60,973 nucleotides of DNA from Verrucomicrobiota bacterium. Its GTDB lineage: Bacteria > Verrucomicrobiota > Verrucomicrobiia > Opitutales > Seribacteraceae. The first letter of the stretch is position 1. The number at the start of each line of letters is the position of its first letter. The stretch spans positions 1 to 60,973 of the forward strand of contig JAQBYT010000021.1 of assembly GCA_027622665.1 (NCBI GenBank), read 5' to 3'. A model generated the notes under the pieces. It saw only the letters and a program-made list of their open reading frames with translations, was not told the DNA's origin and made no database searches. Made by a program: the position numbers and the translations under genes. Shown piece after piece: positions 1-10,917 of this stretch.

Positions 1-159
1 TAGAACAGCGTCTACTCGGGTGAAATTCCATAAAAATTCAATTTGGGAGTGAATGCGGAAACATTGTTGACACTTTGTGCGAGAAACATAGTTTATAATG
101 ATAATAGGTTGTGTGTTCTATGCATCCCAATAAATAAATATTCAAAGGAGACCAAAGTT

Positions 160-765
160 ATGAAGATAAAACTTAAAATCATTCCCTTAATCATTTTCAT
201 CCTATTCTGTGGCGGGGGCGGGGCCTCTTTCGGCAAATCTCGAACAATCGATATTCTAGCCTCTGTGTTACCCAAACAACAAACTGCCGCAGGTACTTTT
301 ACTCTAAAGGATGATCACTTGCTCGGTTCTGCTCAAAGCGTGTTAGAGACTTCCATGGACTTGCCCGAGGAATATGATGTTGTCTGGGAGTTCTCATCTT
401 CAAGTACAGCAATCAACCTCTTGCTCGTTAGTCCCAAGGGAAAACGTTTTGAATGGATGATGAAAGGCTATGAGCATCTCCTTTGCGGTTTGCGTGAAGT
501 GGATGGCAAGGAAGTTAATGAAAATGCAACCACTACAAAGTTTGGCATGGAAAGCGATCGTCGTTATCGTTGTGAGGTGCGTGTTCGCAAGGATCGGTTT
601 GTTGCTCTTGTCGACGACAAGGAAATTCTCAATTATCTTACGGATTGGAGTGATGTAGCAATCGTGCATCCTTGGCATAAAGTGAAACTACGTGATCGCA
701 GTCTTGGTATATGGCTGAACAAGCACTACACGAAAACCTACAAACTCTTGGTTCGCATTCCCTGA
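160..765 (+). CDS. Secreted hypothetical protein, single beta-sandwich (ConA/DUF1080-like) domain, paralogous to the N-terminal domain of the next gene
   Basis: AAGGAG at 145-150 before ATG 160; signal-peptide-like MKIKLKIIPLIIFILF; aligns closely with the N-terminal ~200 aa of the 819-2675 product; fold guessed from the beta-rich pattern. Confidence 0.75.
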   Translation: MKIKLKIIPLIIFILFCGGGGASFGKSRTIDILASVLPKQQTAAGTFTLKDDHLLGSAQSVLETSMDLPEEYDVVWEFSSSSTAINLLLVSPKGKRFEWMMKGYEHLLCGLREVDGKEVNENATTTKFGMESDRRYRCEVRVRKDRFVALVDDKEILNYLTDWSDVAIVHPWHKVKLRDRSLGIWLNKHYTKTYKLLVRIP

Positions 766-818
766 TGGTTAGCTGTGATGCACCTCGTTAAATTGTAACA
801 CCTTAATTGAATGAAACC

Positions 819-2675
819 ATGAAACAACTTTTACTACAATCTATCCTTCTGCTTTTGACTGTTAAATACGGTTGCATTGCTCTTCTTGGCGTCGGCACTG
901 TAGATGTTTACAAGACCATCCAACCCGACAAGCACACGCGGCAAGGAACCTTCGAGTCAAGGGAAGGATACCTTCTAGGCCATGCAAATAGCGTTTTGGA
1001 AACATCCTACGACTTGCCAATCGAGTACGATGTGACTTGGGAGTTCGCGTCGTCCAGCACGGCTGTCAACCTCTTGCTGGTAAGTCCGAAAGGCAAGCGA
1101 TTCGAATGGATGATGAAAGGCTATGAGCATCTCCTTTGCGGTTTACGTCAAGTCAATGGAAAGGAAGCAAATGCAAACCCTACCACGGTAGAATATGCTT
1201 TCGAATCGGATAGGCGTTATCGTTGTGAAGTCCGAGTTCGGAAGAATCGTTTCATTGCTCTCATCGACGGTAAGATGATTCTTAATTATCGGACTGATTG
1301 GAGCGAGGTTGAAATTATTGTTCCTTGGCACACCACCAAACTCCGACCTCGGAGTCTTGGGATTTGGCTGAACAAACACTTCACCAAAACCTTCAAGTTG
1401 GAAGTTCGAGAGCTTTCTGAGCAAGATTTGAGAATTATTACTGGTAAAAACGGCAATGAAATTGAAGTTGTTATTCTAAAACAGGGTGAGAGATCTATGA
1501 CAGTGCGGCGCAAGGATGGGATTGTGTTTGATTTTGCATACGATCTCCTCTCGGATGCTGACAGGCGTGAACTCGATCCCGCTAATAGGGACAAACTTGT
1601 TGATCTCCCTAAACACGACAACCTAACCGAACCCGAACTCGTCGAGGAATTGCAGGCTAATCTGAGGAAGGTCAACAAGCTCCCCAAATTGACTGTGGAA
1701 TGGAATGCTAATTTGAAAACATTACAAGTTAGAGGAAATGGTAAGGGGTTCACGAATCTTGATCCGATTGCCGCTACTCCCTTGAAGATAGAAAATCTCG
1801 ATTTATCCCGTCAACACGAACTCACTAACAAGAGCCTGCGCTCACTTGCTAAGCTCCAACTAAAGTCCCTGTTCTTGGCGGGTTCCAAGATCGACGACAT
1901 CTCCGTGCTTCAAGGGATGCCGCTCGAAAAGTTGCGGATCAACTGCTACGGCGACAAATATTTTCCTTCATGCAAGGTGCAAGACCTTTCCCCTCTCAAG
2001 GGGATGCCGTTGAAGGAATTGTTCATAGATGCTTGCGATGTTAGATCTCTGGCCCCCTTGGAAGGCATGCCGTTGGAGCGTCTTTTTATGCGTGGAGTGT
2101 CTGGAGTTTCTGACTTGTCTCCACTGAAGAACACCCAATCGCTCAAGGTGTTGTATGTTGATGGTACGGACATTCGTTCACTTGAGGATCTCTCCATCAT
2201 CAAACTAGACGAGTTGCACTTCAACCAGACAAGGGTTTCAAGTTTGGAACCACTCAAGAACATGACTCTCTTGAGTTTGTCTGGCGACAAAACAATGGTC
2301 TCAAGTGTTGCCCCGATAAAGGGGGATCGGTTGCAGCGTCTTTATCTGCAATCGACTCATCTGAACGATCTTTCTCCCTTGAGTGAAATGCCGAATCTCA
2401 GGTACTTTGGATTTGCTGATTCGCAAGTGAAGGACTTTTCTCCTTTGGCTAAATGCAAACAATTGACAACCCTCACCCTGACTGATCCTCGGAAGGCTGA
2501 AAACCTTGAAGTTCTCCGTGGTTTGCCCTTATCTCTAATATCCTTTAAGCCAAGTGCACCTTATAGGCATACTTGGCTTTCTGTGTCAGATTTCTGGAAG
2601 TGGGTAGCTGATCCATCCTTGGAACTGGTTAATCATGGGTGGGATAAATTGGTGCCCAGAGATTCTAAGAAATAA
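819..2675 (+). CDS. Secreted multidomain protein: ConA/DUF1080-like domain, SHD1-like domain and internalin-like leucine-rich repeats
   Basis: Hydrophobic N-terminus; TGKNGNEIEV...VRRKDG...LSDADRREL resembles SHD1; repeated xLSPLKGMPLxxLxL LRR units; start could instead be TTG 807. Confidence 0.8.
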   Translation: MKQLLLQSILLLLTVKYGCIALLGVGTVDVYKTIQPDKHTRQGTFESREGYLLGHANSVLETSYDLPIEYDVTWEFASSSTAVNLLLVSPKGKRFEWMMKGYEHLLCGLRQVNGKEANANPTTVEYAFESDRRYRCEVRVRKNRFIALIDGKMILNYRTDWSEVEIIVPWHTTKLRPRSLGIWLNKHFTKTFKLEVRELSEQDLRIITGKNGNEIEVVILKQGERSMTVRRKDGIVFDFAYDLLSDADRRELDPANRDKLVDLPKHDNLTEPELVEELQANLRKVNKLPKLTVEWNANLKTLQVRGNGKGFTNLDPIAATPLKIENLDLSRQHELTNKSLRSLAKLQLKSLFLAGSKIDDISVLQGMPLEKLRINCYGDKYFPSCKVQDLSPLKGMPLKELFIDACDVRSLAPLEGMPLERLFMRGVSGVSDLSPLKNTQSLKVLYVDGTDIRSLEDLSIIKLDELHFNQTRVSSLEPLKNMTLLSLSGDKTMVSSVAPIKGDRLQRLYLQSTHLNDLSPLSEMPNLRYFGFADSQVKDFSPLAKCKQLTTLTLTDPRKAENLEVLRGLPLSLISFKPSAPYRHTWLSVSDFWKWVADPSLELVNHGWDKLVPRDSKK

Positions 2676-2690
2676 CGATTGGACTTTGCT

Positions 2691-4208
2691 TTACTTTTTC
2701 CTCTTTGGTTTCCCGACTGGACGGGTGTCCTCGGGTACCTTGTAGAGTTCGCGAAGGCGATCCAGTTCCGTTTTGAGTTCCTTGGTAAGGGCGGCGTATT
2801 TGGGTTGTCCGTAGACGCTCTTTAATTCGTTGGGATCTTGTTCAAGGTCGTACATTTCCCATGCGTCCAAGTTGTAGAAATAGATGAGCTTGTGCTTGTC
2901 GGTACGAACGCCGTAGTGGCGGCGTACGCTGTGAGCTCCCGGGAACTCGTAATAATGGTAATAGAGGGACTTTCGCCAGTCGGATGGTCTTTCCCCTTTC
3001 AGGAGGGGGACGAAGGACGCTCCCTGCATGTCCTCGGGAATCTTGACGCCGCACAAGTCCAGAGCGGTTTCGGCATAATCGAGGTTTTGCACCAAGTCGT
3101 AGTTCTTGCTTCCGGGCTTGATCACCTTGGGCCAACGCACGAGAAGTGGCGTACGGAAGGATTCCTCGTACATCCAGCGCTTGTCGTACCAACCATGCTC
3201 GCCAAGATACCAACCTTGGTCGGATGAATAAATGATGACCGTGTTCTCGGCGAGACCACTTTTATCGAGGTAGTCGAGGAGTCGTCCGACGTTTTCATCC
3301 ACCGAGTCGATGCATCGCAGGTAGTCCTTCACGTAGCGTTGGTATTTCCACTTGAAGAGGGCTTCGCCTTCCAGTTTCGCTTCTGCAAACGCCTTGTTCT
3401 TGGGCCCGTAAGCAGCGTCCCACTTTGCCTTTTGTTCGGGCGTGAGGTTTCCCGGGGTTCGAAGCTTTAGATCGTTCGACGAGAGATGGTTCCGGATCGT
3501 CATTGCCTGCGTGGAGGCGGCGGATGATCGCGTCTTGTAATCATCACGAAGTGTTTCGGGTTCGGTGATTTCGACCCCGTCGTATTTGTTTAGGTGTTTT
3601 GGGCCGGGTTGCCAGTTTCTGTGAGGTGCCTTGTGTTGGCTCATTATGAAGAAGGGTTTGTCCTTGTCCCTGCTGTTCTTCAGCCATTCGAGGGTTAGGT
3701 CGGTGATGATGTCCGTTGTATATCCGGTGATTTTCTTTACACCGTCGGCGGTGTTCATTTCGGGGTTGTAGTAGGGACCCTGTCCTTGCAGCACTTGCCA
3801 GAAATCGAAACCGGTTGGATTGCTCTTGAGGTGCCATTTCCCGATCATCGCGGTCTGGTATCCACCTTTTTGAAGCAGCTTCGGAAAGGTTTGCTGTCCC
3901 CCGTCGAAACGCATGCCATTTGTCAATTGACCGTTGAGGTGGCTGTGCTTGCCAGTAAGGATTACGGCTCGGCTAGGGGCGCAGATGGAATTGGTGACGA
4001 AGGCGCGATGGAAGATCATGCCCTCATTGGCGATTCGGTCGATATTCGGAGTCCTGTTCCTGTTGGATCCGTAGGCGGATATGGCTTGGTAGGCGTGATC
4101 ATCGGCAAAGAGAAACAATACGTTGGGTCTTTGCTGCTTGACGCCTTTAAGACCTAGTGGGCCCAATGCGGTAAAAACGGTGAGGAGAAAGTATGATAGA
4201 AGTTTCAT
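2691..4208 (-). CDS. Type I (formylglycine) sulfatase, N-acetylglucosamine-6-sulfatase-like, exported
   Basis: [22 protein letters not shown] signature, GKWHL, SSDQG...GEHG; N-terminal signal peptide. Confidence 0.93.
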   Translation of the reverse strand: MKLLSYFLLTVFTALGPLGLKGVKQQRPNVLFLFADDHAYQAISAYGSNRNRTPNIDRIANEGMIFHRAFVTNSICAPSRAVILTGKHSHLNGQLTNGMRFDGGQQTFPKLLQKGGYQTAMIGKWHLKSNPTGFDFWQVLQGQGPYYNPEMNTADGVKKITGYTTDIITDLTLEWLKNSRDKDKPFFIMSQHKAPHRNWQPGPKHLNKYDGVEITEPETLRDDYKTRSSAASTQAMTIRNHLSSNDLKLRTPGNLTPEQKAKWDAAYGPKNKAFAEAKLEGEALFKWKYQRYVKDYLRCIDSVDENVGRLLDYLDKSGLAENTVIIYSSDQGWYLGEHGWYDKRWMYEESFRTPLLVRWPKVIKPGSKNYDLVQNLDYAETALDLCGVKIPEDMQGASFVPLLKGERPSDWRKSLYYHYYEFPGAHSVRRHYGVRTDKHKLIYFYNLDAWEMYDLEQDPNELKSVYGQPKYAALTKELKTELDRLRELYKVPEDTRPVGKPKRKK

Positions 4209-4280
4209 TGGGTTTTAGGGTGTAGTTGCTCAGCGTTAAAGCAATATGTAAAATTGAAAGTTGGGAATTGAACAATCTTC

Positions 4281-5561
4281 ATGTTTGGCAAAAATGCTCA
4301 TTCCGTAATGATTGATTTTTCCGACAAAAGTTATCGCTTTTTCGAGCCTAGCCCTAATCGGTTTGTGGAAGCTTTTCTTCACTGGGTGAACCGCAAGATT
4401 TATTTGGGAGGGTCTTCGCATCTTATCGAAGAAGTCGTTGTCATAAATCCGGAGGTGGTAGGGGAAGCAAGAAAACATGTGGGCAATCGTCTACTTTTTC
4501 TTCCCAACCATCCGACCCACAGTGATCCGCCAATCATGATAGAGGTTTTCAGGCAACTTGGTTTGCCCGTTTCCTTCATGGCTGCCTATGACATTTTCCT
4601 TCAGAGCAAACTTAACGCCTGGTGTATGCAGAGAACGGGATGCTTCTCGGTGGATCGAGAAGGAAGTGACCGCAAATCGATGAAGGAGGCGCTTCGCATA
4701 TTGAAGGAAGGTGAGCGTGGGTTGATCATTTTCCCTGAGGGCAATGTTTACCTCACGAACGATAGGGTGACTCCCTTTCTCGATGGTCCCGCCTTCATCG
4801 GCATGAAGGCACAGCAGCACTTGGGGGTCGATCACCCCGTTTTTGCTATTCCCGTAAGCTTGAGGGTTACTCACTTATCCAATGCTGCGGGTGAAGTTGT
4901 GGATTTGTTTCGTCGATTGGCTCTCGAGGTGGACGAAGAATATCTCGAGTCGGCCGATCATGTAGCTGAGGTCAAGCGTCTCGGTTGGTTCGCACTGAAA
5001 AAGGTGATGAGCGGTTTGGCCAAGCCTTTGGACGGTGATGTCGGAGACGACTTGGCTAGTGAGCTTAGGAACATTGCTGCAAATTTGATGGAAAAGCTTG
5101 AATCCGAGCTTGAATTGTCCGCCAAGGAAGGGGAAGACTTGGTCGATCGCATCCGGGCAATTCGTCGCAGGATTCACGCCCTTCGGATCGCGGACAAGCC
5201 GACCTTGGCCGACTTCAAGGCTCGAACCTTGGCTGCCGAGGCCATGCTGGCCTTTCGCCTGCTTAGCTATCCGGGTACTTACCTTGAGGAAAACCCAACC
5301 CTCGACCGTATGGGTGAAACGATACAGAAAGTGCTGGAGGATCTCCGATCTGCCATCCTTCCACCTTACGCAGGTCGTAGGGCTCTGGTCCGTTTTGGCG
5401 AACCCATTGATCTTGCTGCTGAATCCGCTAACGGCAAAGGCCGCATCCAAGTCGCTGAACTCTCCAGAAGGTTCGAAATAGCCGTTCAGGAGGGACTCGA
5501 TCTCCTCAACGCCGATAACGAGTGCATCGGCGGCGAGTCTTTCCAATCACTTTTGTCGTGA
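4281..5561 (+). CDS. 1-acyl-sn-glycerol-3-phosphate acyltransferase-family (PlsC-like) protein with C-terminal extension
   Basis: NHPTHSD (HX4D), FSVDR and IFPEG motifs. Confidence 0.85.
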   Translation: MFGKNAHSVMIDFSDKSYRFFEPSPNRFVEAFLHWVNRKIYLGGSSHLIEEVVVINPEVVGEARKHVGNRLLFLPNHPTHSDPPIMIEVFRQLGLPVSFMAAYDIFLQSKLNAWCMQRTGCFSVDREGSDRKSMKEALRILKEGERGLIIFPEGNVYLTNDRVTPFLDGPAFIGMKAQQHLGVDHPVFAIPVSLRVTHLSNAAGEVVDLFRRLALEVDEEYLESADHVAEVKRLGWFALKKVMSGLAKPLDGDVGDDLASELRNIAANLMEKLESELELSAKEGEDLVDRIRAIRRRIHALRIADKPTLADFKARTLAAEAMLAFRLLSYPGTYLEENPTLDRMGETIQKVLEDLRSAILPPYAGRRALVRFGEPIDLAAESANGKGRIQVAELSRRFEIAVQEGLDLLNADNECIGGESFQSLLS

Positions 5562-8125
5562 ACAAATCAGGCAAGCGTTTGCGGGATGCCGTTTGGCTGT
5601 TGATTGCCCAGACAATCGGAGCTTTCAACGACAATGCAGTGAAGTCGATGTTGCTCTTGATGGCGGGAGCATTGTTCGGCGAAGTCGAAAAGGACCGTGT
5701 GAATCAACAACTGGGCTTGATGCTTATCGTGCCGTTCGTGCTTTTTGGCCCCTTGGCCGGGTGGTTGTCGGATCGTTTTTCGAAGAGGTCGGTAGTCAGT
5801 CTGGCACTTCTTGCTCAAGTGGCGGGGTTGCTCGTGATCGGCATTGGCATAGGGATGCAGTGGTTGAACTTGGCAATACTGGGTTTCTTTCTACTGGCCA
5901 CTCAATCCGCAATGTTGTCTCCGGGAAAAAAAGGCATCCTCAAGGAATTGGTAGGCTCGGAGAAACTCGGCATGGCTGTCGGTTGGATGGAAATGCTCAC
6001 GATGGTGGGAATCCTTGGTGGGATTTACGTCGGAGCTTTGGCCTTCGGTTTTCTCAATGAGGATGGGACTCCCTGGGAAGCCGGGCAATTGGTGGTCTTT
6101 TCGGTGGCGGGGTTGGCTTTCTTCTCTTGGCTAATATTCAAGCCGACGCCTTACACCGAGCCGAAAAGCGTCAAACCATTCGAGACCCCCATCCTATGGA
6201 GCCATTTTGGAGCGTTGCGTGAACTTCGCTCGTCTCGCCCTTTGTTTTTGGCAGCACTTGGAGACGCTTGGTTCTGGGCTTTTGGCGGCTTCTTCTTTCT
6301 GGTTCTGGTCAAGTGGGCTGCCATAGTCGGGGATCCCGAACGTTTTGGTTTTTGGTTCGGGTTACTGGGAGTGGGCATTATGCTTGGTAGCATGATTTTC
6401 GCTTACGTGGGCAGGGGTAGAGTAGAACTCGGGATCGTTCCCCTAGGAGCATTGGCGATTCCGGTAACGTTGGTTTGCCTTACCCTTTCGGATCCGATGG
6501 GCACTAGCTTTAACGCGTGTTGCGTGCTGCTTGGTATGGCCGGGGCATTCTTTTTCGTTCCCCTGAATGCCTTTCTGCAGGATCGGGCGGGTGAGGAGAG
6601 GCGGGGGCGTGTCGTAGCCGCCTCAAACCTTCTCACGAATTTGCTGAGTGTTGCATTTATCGGGATTCACGCCTTGTTGTCGTACCTGAACTTTAATCCG
6701 CTCGAGGAACTATGGGTAATGGTTGTGCCCTCTGTCTTGATTGCCGGTTTCGTGTGGTTTTTGTTGCCCGAGGAAATTTTCAGAATAGCGACAAGAGCTC
6801 TAACCCGAATTTTTTATCGATTGAGCGTTAAGGGGGTAGAGAACCTTCCGAAAAAAGGCGGAGCGTTGATTCTTTGCAATCACGTGTCTTACGCCGATCC
6901 AGTGATGATTGGAGTGAGTCTGCCGCGTTATCTTCAATTTATCGCCTTTTCCGGTCTTGCTGAAAGTCGGTTGGTTCGTTTTGTGTTTCGTCTTACTTCA
7001 GCCATTCCCGTTTCTCCGAGTCGGGCCAAGGAAGCCATCGTCAAATCCTCGGAGATATTGCGTTCCGGGGATGCCATTTGTATCTTTCCCGAAGGAGGTA
7101 TTTCCCGAGTCGGTCCGTTGCTCGGTTTTAAAAAGGGCTTCGAGTTGATCGCTCGAAAGGGGCAAGCACCCGTTGTGCCGGCATATTTAGACGGTGTGTG
7201 GGGGTCCATCTTTAGCTTTTCGGATGGGAAGTTCCTTCGGAAATGGCCTCGACGGCTTCCTTATCCCGTTCGTTTCCATGTTGGCGAACCAATTCCCGCG
7301 AAGGAAGCCACTGTCGATCGCGTTCGCCGTTCGATGTTTCGCTTGGCTCGGGAAGCTTTCTCGGAAAGGAAGGACTTGGTGCGACCTTTGAGTTTGGCGA
7401 TAAAGGCTTCCTTATTACGAGACCGATCAGCACCGTTCCTTGTGGAGGTCGGCGGGAAAATCTGGACACGGGAAGAGTTTTACGGAAAAGCCAAAAATCT
7501 GACCGGTTCCGAAGTGAAGTTCGAAGAAGTGGAAGGTGTCGCTTGTATTCCTGATGTTTGCCTTCGTTTGGCAGGTTGCTCTCTCCGTGATGAGGAAATT
7601 CAGACTGCAGGGTTTTCTTGGCCGACCCCCGAATTGATCGCTAGCGTTATGCGCATCATGGAGACCAATCTCTGGAACGAGCCCGCTTTTCGAATTCAAA
7701 TGGAGGGGGCGTTCGATTCGGCTTGGGATCAAACTTGGTGCTTGTGGGCACCCCTGCTGGGAGATTTGTCCGTAAAGGATGAGGGAGATGGAACGCTCAC
7801 GCTCGGTAATCCCGGAGACTTGAACTCATTTACCGCCAAAACCTTCACTGGTCTTGCGGTCTCCGGTTTAGGTGTAGTCGCGATGAATCTTCCCAACCCT
7901 CCCGAGGAAATTAATCCTGATGGTCAAAAAGGAACCACTGAGGGGTCGGTTGGTCGAATCCTTCCCGGTGTGGAGGCTAGGGTGGTGTCCGATGGTTCGG
8001 ATGAGGCACTACCGGTTGGGGAAGAAGGCGATCTTCAAGTGGCGGGTGTCTCGGGAGAATGGACATCAGCAAATCTCAAAGCCCGTTTCGACATTGAAGG
8101 ATTTCTCTGGTTGACGGAGACGTGA
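5558..8125 (+). CDS. aas: Aas-like fusion: LplT-like MFS transporter, acyltransferase and degenerate acyl-ACP synthetase remnant
   Basis: AFNDN and GWLSDRFSKR MFS motifs; NHVSYAD and IFPEG acyltransferase motifs; C-terminal GSVGRILPG..LPVGEEG..FDIEGFL remnants; GTG overlaps the upstream stop (GTGA). Confidence 0.85.
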   Translation: MNKSGKRLRDAVWLLIAQTIGAFNDNAVKSMLLLMAGALFGEVEKDRVNQQLGLMLIVPFVLFGPLAGWLSDRFSKRSVVSLALLAQVAGLLVIGIGIGMQWLNLAILGFFLLATQSAMLSPGKKGILKELVGSEKLGMAVGWMEMLTMVGILGGIYVGALAFGFLNEDGTPWEAGQLVVFSVAGLAFFSWLIFKPTPYTEPKSVKPFETPILWSHFGALRELRSSRPLFLAALGDAWFWAFGGFFFLVLVKWAAIVGDPERFGFWFGLLGVGIMLGSMIFAYVGRGRVELGIVPLGALAIPVTLVCLTLSDPMGTSFNACCVLLGMAGAFFFVPLNAFLQDRAGEERRGRVVAASNLLTNLLSVAFIGIHALLSYLNFNPLEELWVMVVPSVLIAGFVWFLLPEEIFRIATRALTRIFYRLSVKGVENLPKKGGALILCNHVSYADPVMIGVSLPRYLQFIAFSGLAESRLVRFVFRLTSAIPVSPSRAKEAIVKSSEILRSGDAICIFPEGGISRVGPLLGFKKGFELIARKGQAPVVPAYLDGVWGSIFSFSDGKFLRKWPRRLPYPVRFHVGEPIPAKEATVDRVRRSMFRLAREAFSERKDLVRPLSLAIKASLLRDRSAPFLVEVGGKIWTREEFYGKAKNLTGSEVKFEEVEGVACIPDVCLRLAGCSLRDEEIQTAGFSWPTPELIASVMRIMETNLWNEPAFRIQMEGAFDSAWDQTWCLWAPLLGDLSVKDEGDGTLTLGNPGDLNSFTAKTFTGLAVSGLGVVAMNLPNPPEEINPDGQKGTTEGSVGRILPGVEARVVSDGSDEALPVGEEGDLQVAGVSGEWTSANLKARFDIEGFLWLTET

Positions 8126-8225
8126 GCAAGCTCTTGACCTTTCCCTCTTTCCACTGGGCAGTCTTTTTGCTAGTAAAGGCAAGCTTTTGCAAAGCAAGGA
8201 ATTCTCAGCTTTCCGAACTTCAATT

Positions 8226-9233
8226 ATGACAAAACCCTATTTCCCCGAGGAATCCATTACATTTGCCCGCAATATCGAGCTGTTGCGGGGACATCGCGTT
8301 GCTGTTCTGGGACATCGCAGACCCGATGGCGACTGCATCGGGTCTCAAATCGCCCTTGCTAGAGTATTAAACGCTACAGGTATTGAAGCAGTGGCCGTGA
8401 ACGCCGACCCTATTCCGAGGACCCTGAAGGCTTTCGTCGGAGATACGCCGTTCTTTCTCGCTGTCGATTTGCCTGAGGGCGAATTTCTCGCCGTCTCGGT
8501 AGATTGCGCAGACCATGGGAGAGTCGGGGACTCCGTTCGTGATCGATTTCCCAAGGTCCTTTTGAATATCGACCACCATGTTTCCAATACCCTTTATGGG
8601 GAGACGAATCTCATCTTGCCCGAGGCCTGCGCAACTGGAGAAATTCTTGCGGGCCTTTTCTTCGATAACGAGTTGACGGTGGATTCTGTAGCTGCCCAAG
8701 CCCTTTATCTGGGGATAGCGACCGATACCGGACAGTTTTGTTATTCCGGCACCACGGCCAGTGTGTTCGACATATGCAGGAGGTTGTGCGAACTTGGCGC
8801 CAGTCCTTCCCAAGCTGCTCATGAACTTTACGAATGTGAAAAACCGGGTCGTATTCAGTTGTTGCAGCGTTTTCTGGCAAGCTTTCGAATGGAGCATGAC
8901 GATCGCGTATGCATCGGTTCCATCACCGATGACTTTTATAACGAAACGAATACAAAGCCCGAGGATGCAGAAAATTTCGTGGATTATTCCCGTTCTCTGG
9001 ATGGCGTCGAAATCGGAAGCCTTCTCGAGGAGCGTAACGGTCAGTTGAAAGGAAGTCTGAGGGCGAAGGAGAATCGTTATCGTGTAGACCTGCTGGCCAA
9101 GCGGTTTTCGGGTGGTGGTCATGCTTGTGCCGCCGGGTTCAACGTGGAACGAAAACTGGAGGATTTTTATCCTGAATTTGTAACTGCCATTGGTGAACAC
9201 CTGAGGCAGGTCGAAAACGGAGGGCTTTCCTGA
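8226..9233 (+). CDS. nrnA: DHH-family phosphoesterase (nanoRNase/pAp phosphatase)
   Basis: HRRPDGD, NIDHH, TDTG, SLR and GGGH motifs; lies upstream of truB. Confidence 0.9.
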   Translation: MTKPYFPEESITFARNIELLRGHRVAVLGHRRPDGDCIGSQIALARVLNATGIEAVAVNADPIPRTLKAFVGDTPFFLAVDLPEGEFLAVSVDCADHGRVGDSVRDRFPKVLLNIDHHVSNTLYGETNLILPEACATGEILAGLFFDNELTVDSVAAQALYLGIATDTGQFCYSGTTASVFDICRRLCELGASPSQAAHELYECEKPGRIQLLQRFLASFRMEHDDRVCIGSITDDFYNETNTKPEDAENFVDYSRSLDGVEIGSLLEERNGQLKGSLRAKENRYRVDLLAKRFSGGGHACAAGFNVERKLEDFYPEFVTAIGEHLRQVENGGLS

Positions 9234-9961
9234 TGAATCAAAGAGGCGGAGATTTCGAGGGCATATTACTTGTCGACAAACCACAGGGGATAACTTCCCA
9301 TGACGTTGTCGACCGTTTGCGGCGCAAGATCAGCATGAAGCGCATCGGTCACGCCGGCACACTTGACCCGATGGCCACCGGACTGTTGATTATGCTGATT
9401 GGCAAGGCGACCAAGACATCGCAATATCTGATTAGCCTCGGCAAGACTTATGAGGGGACCATTAAGTTTGGCGTCGAGACCGATAGCCAGGATGCCGATG
9501 GCGCGATAGTGGCCGAGAAACCTTTGCCCGATGATCTTTCCACTGAAAGAGTGAGTAAGGAGATGGAGGGATTTCTGGGCGACCAATACCAGCTCCCTCC
9601 GATGTTCTCCGCCAAGAAAATCGGTGGTGTGCCACTTTACAAGCTGGCTCGGAAAGGCAAGACCGTGGAGCGCGAGCCACGCTTCATTCGCATCAACAAA
9701 TTCGAGCTTCTTCGTTTTGAATCGCCCGAGGTCGACTTTCGGATGTCGAGCAGCAAAGGCACTTACGTGCGGACTGTCGCCCATGACCTCGGCCAGAATC
9801 TCGGTTGCGGCGCTCACCTGATCTCATTGAGGCGTACCCATATCGACCAGTTCGACATCGAGGACGGCAGAACTCTCGAGGCCATTGAGCAAAGCCCACT
9901 TTCTGAATTCGGCGACATGCTTATTCCCGTACACAAGGCAGTTCCTACACACGTGCTGTGA
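9233..9961 (+). CDS. truB: tRNA pseudouridine(55) synthase
   Basis: [29 protein letters not shown]. Confidence 0.97.
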   Translation: MNQRGGDFEGILLVDKPQGITSHDVVDRLRRKISMKRIGHAGTLDPMATGLLIMLIGKATKTSQYLISLGKTYEGTIKFGVETDSQDADGAIVAEKPLPDDLSTERVSKEMEGFLGDQYQLPPMFSAKKIGGVPLYKLARKGKTVEREPRFIRINKFELLRFESPEVDFRMSSSKGTYVRTVAHDLGQNLGCGAHLISLRRTHIDQFDIEDGRTLEAIEQSPLSEFGDMLIPVHKAVPTHVL

Positions 9962-10917
9962 ACCTTCCCTCGGTCGTCGGTTCCCTCGCCGAGTTGGGAG
10001 AACGGGAATCGAAACCGATTTGCTTAGCCATCGGCATGTTCGATGGGGTTCATCGTGGGCATCGAACAGTGCTCGAACTTGCCGTGGGTGAAGCCCGCTC
10101 TGTCAATGGACTGGCAGTTGCTCTCACCTTCCCTGAGCATCCTGCCAAGTTTCTAAGACCGGGGAAAGAGCCTCCTCTGCTTATGAATGCCGAGGCAAAG
10201 GCGAAGCTCCTACTCGATTGTGGGGCGGATTGCGTGGTGTTGAGGACCTTCGACGAGTCCTTTGCCGATGTCCCTTCGGAAGACTTTCTCGCTTACTTGA
10301 AGGAAAACCTTTCCTCTCTTCACTGTGTTTGCGTGGGAGAAAATTTCCATTTTGGTAAGGATAGAATTGGAGACGCCGATTATTTGCGAAAGAATGGCGA
10401 TCGGTATGGATTGAAGGTTTGCATCGCCGATGGCATTCTGGATGGCGACGAACCCATTAGCAGTTCCCGTATTCGTGAAGCCCTGTCTTCCGGCCGGATC
10501 AAAAAAGTCAACCGGATGCTCGGTTATTCGTACTCTGTTTTCGGAGAAATGGCAAAAGGCAGGGGCTTGGGTAGTGAAATAGGCTTTCCCACCCTCAACC
10601 TGCCATGGGTTCCCGAGGCTCGACCTGCTTACGGGGTCTATTTAGTCGAGGTCACCTGTCCGAATCCGTCCGGGCCTAAATACGCTGTGGCCAACTACGG
10701 TGTTCGTCCGACGGTCGAAGGGGTGGATGTTCAGCCGCTATTGGAAGTACACCTCCTCGGGGAAGAGGACTTTTCATCTTACAAGCCCGGTGACGAACTT
10801 TCTGTGGAACTGCATCGCTTTCTCCGCCCCGAACGCAAGTTCGATTCCCTCGATTCCCTGAAAACCCAAATTGCCGCAGACAAGATAGAAGCCGAAAAGC
10901 TTGTCCTCACGCTTTAG
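9958..10917 (+). CDS. ribF: Bifunctional riboflavin kinase/FAD synthetase
   Basis: [33 protein letters not shown]. Confidence 0.96.
   Translation: MNLPSVVGSLAELGERESKPICLAIGMFDGVHRGHRTVLELAVGEARSVNGLAVALTFPEHPAKFLRPGKEPPLLMNAEAKAKLLLDCGADCVVLRTFDESFADVPSEDFLAYLKENLSSLHCVCVGENFHFGKDRIGDADYLRKNGDRYGLKVCIADGILDGDEPISSSRIREALSSGRIKKVNRMLGYSYSVFGEMAKGRGLGSEIGFPTLNLPWVPEARPAYGVYLVEVTCPNPSGPKYAVANYGVRPTVEGVDVQPLLEVHLLGEEDFSSYKPGDELSVELHRFLRPERKFDSLDSLKTQIAADKIEAEKLVLTL

Noticed and set aside
160..1410. Duplicated domain as a DGR template/variable repeat pair
   Set aside because: Differences are largely synonymous and not adenine-specific, both copies are coding, and there is no reverse transcriptase in the window
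8367..9817. Minus-strand ORFs of 305 aa and 183 aa
   Set aside because: Entirely antisense to the well-supported nrnA and truB
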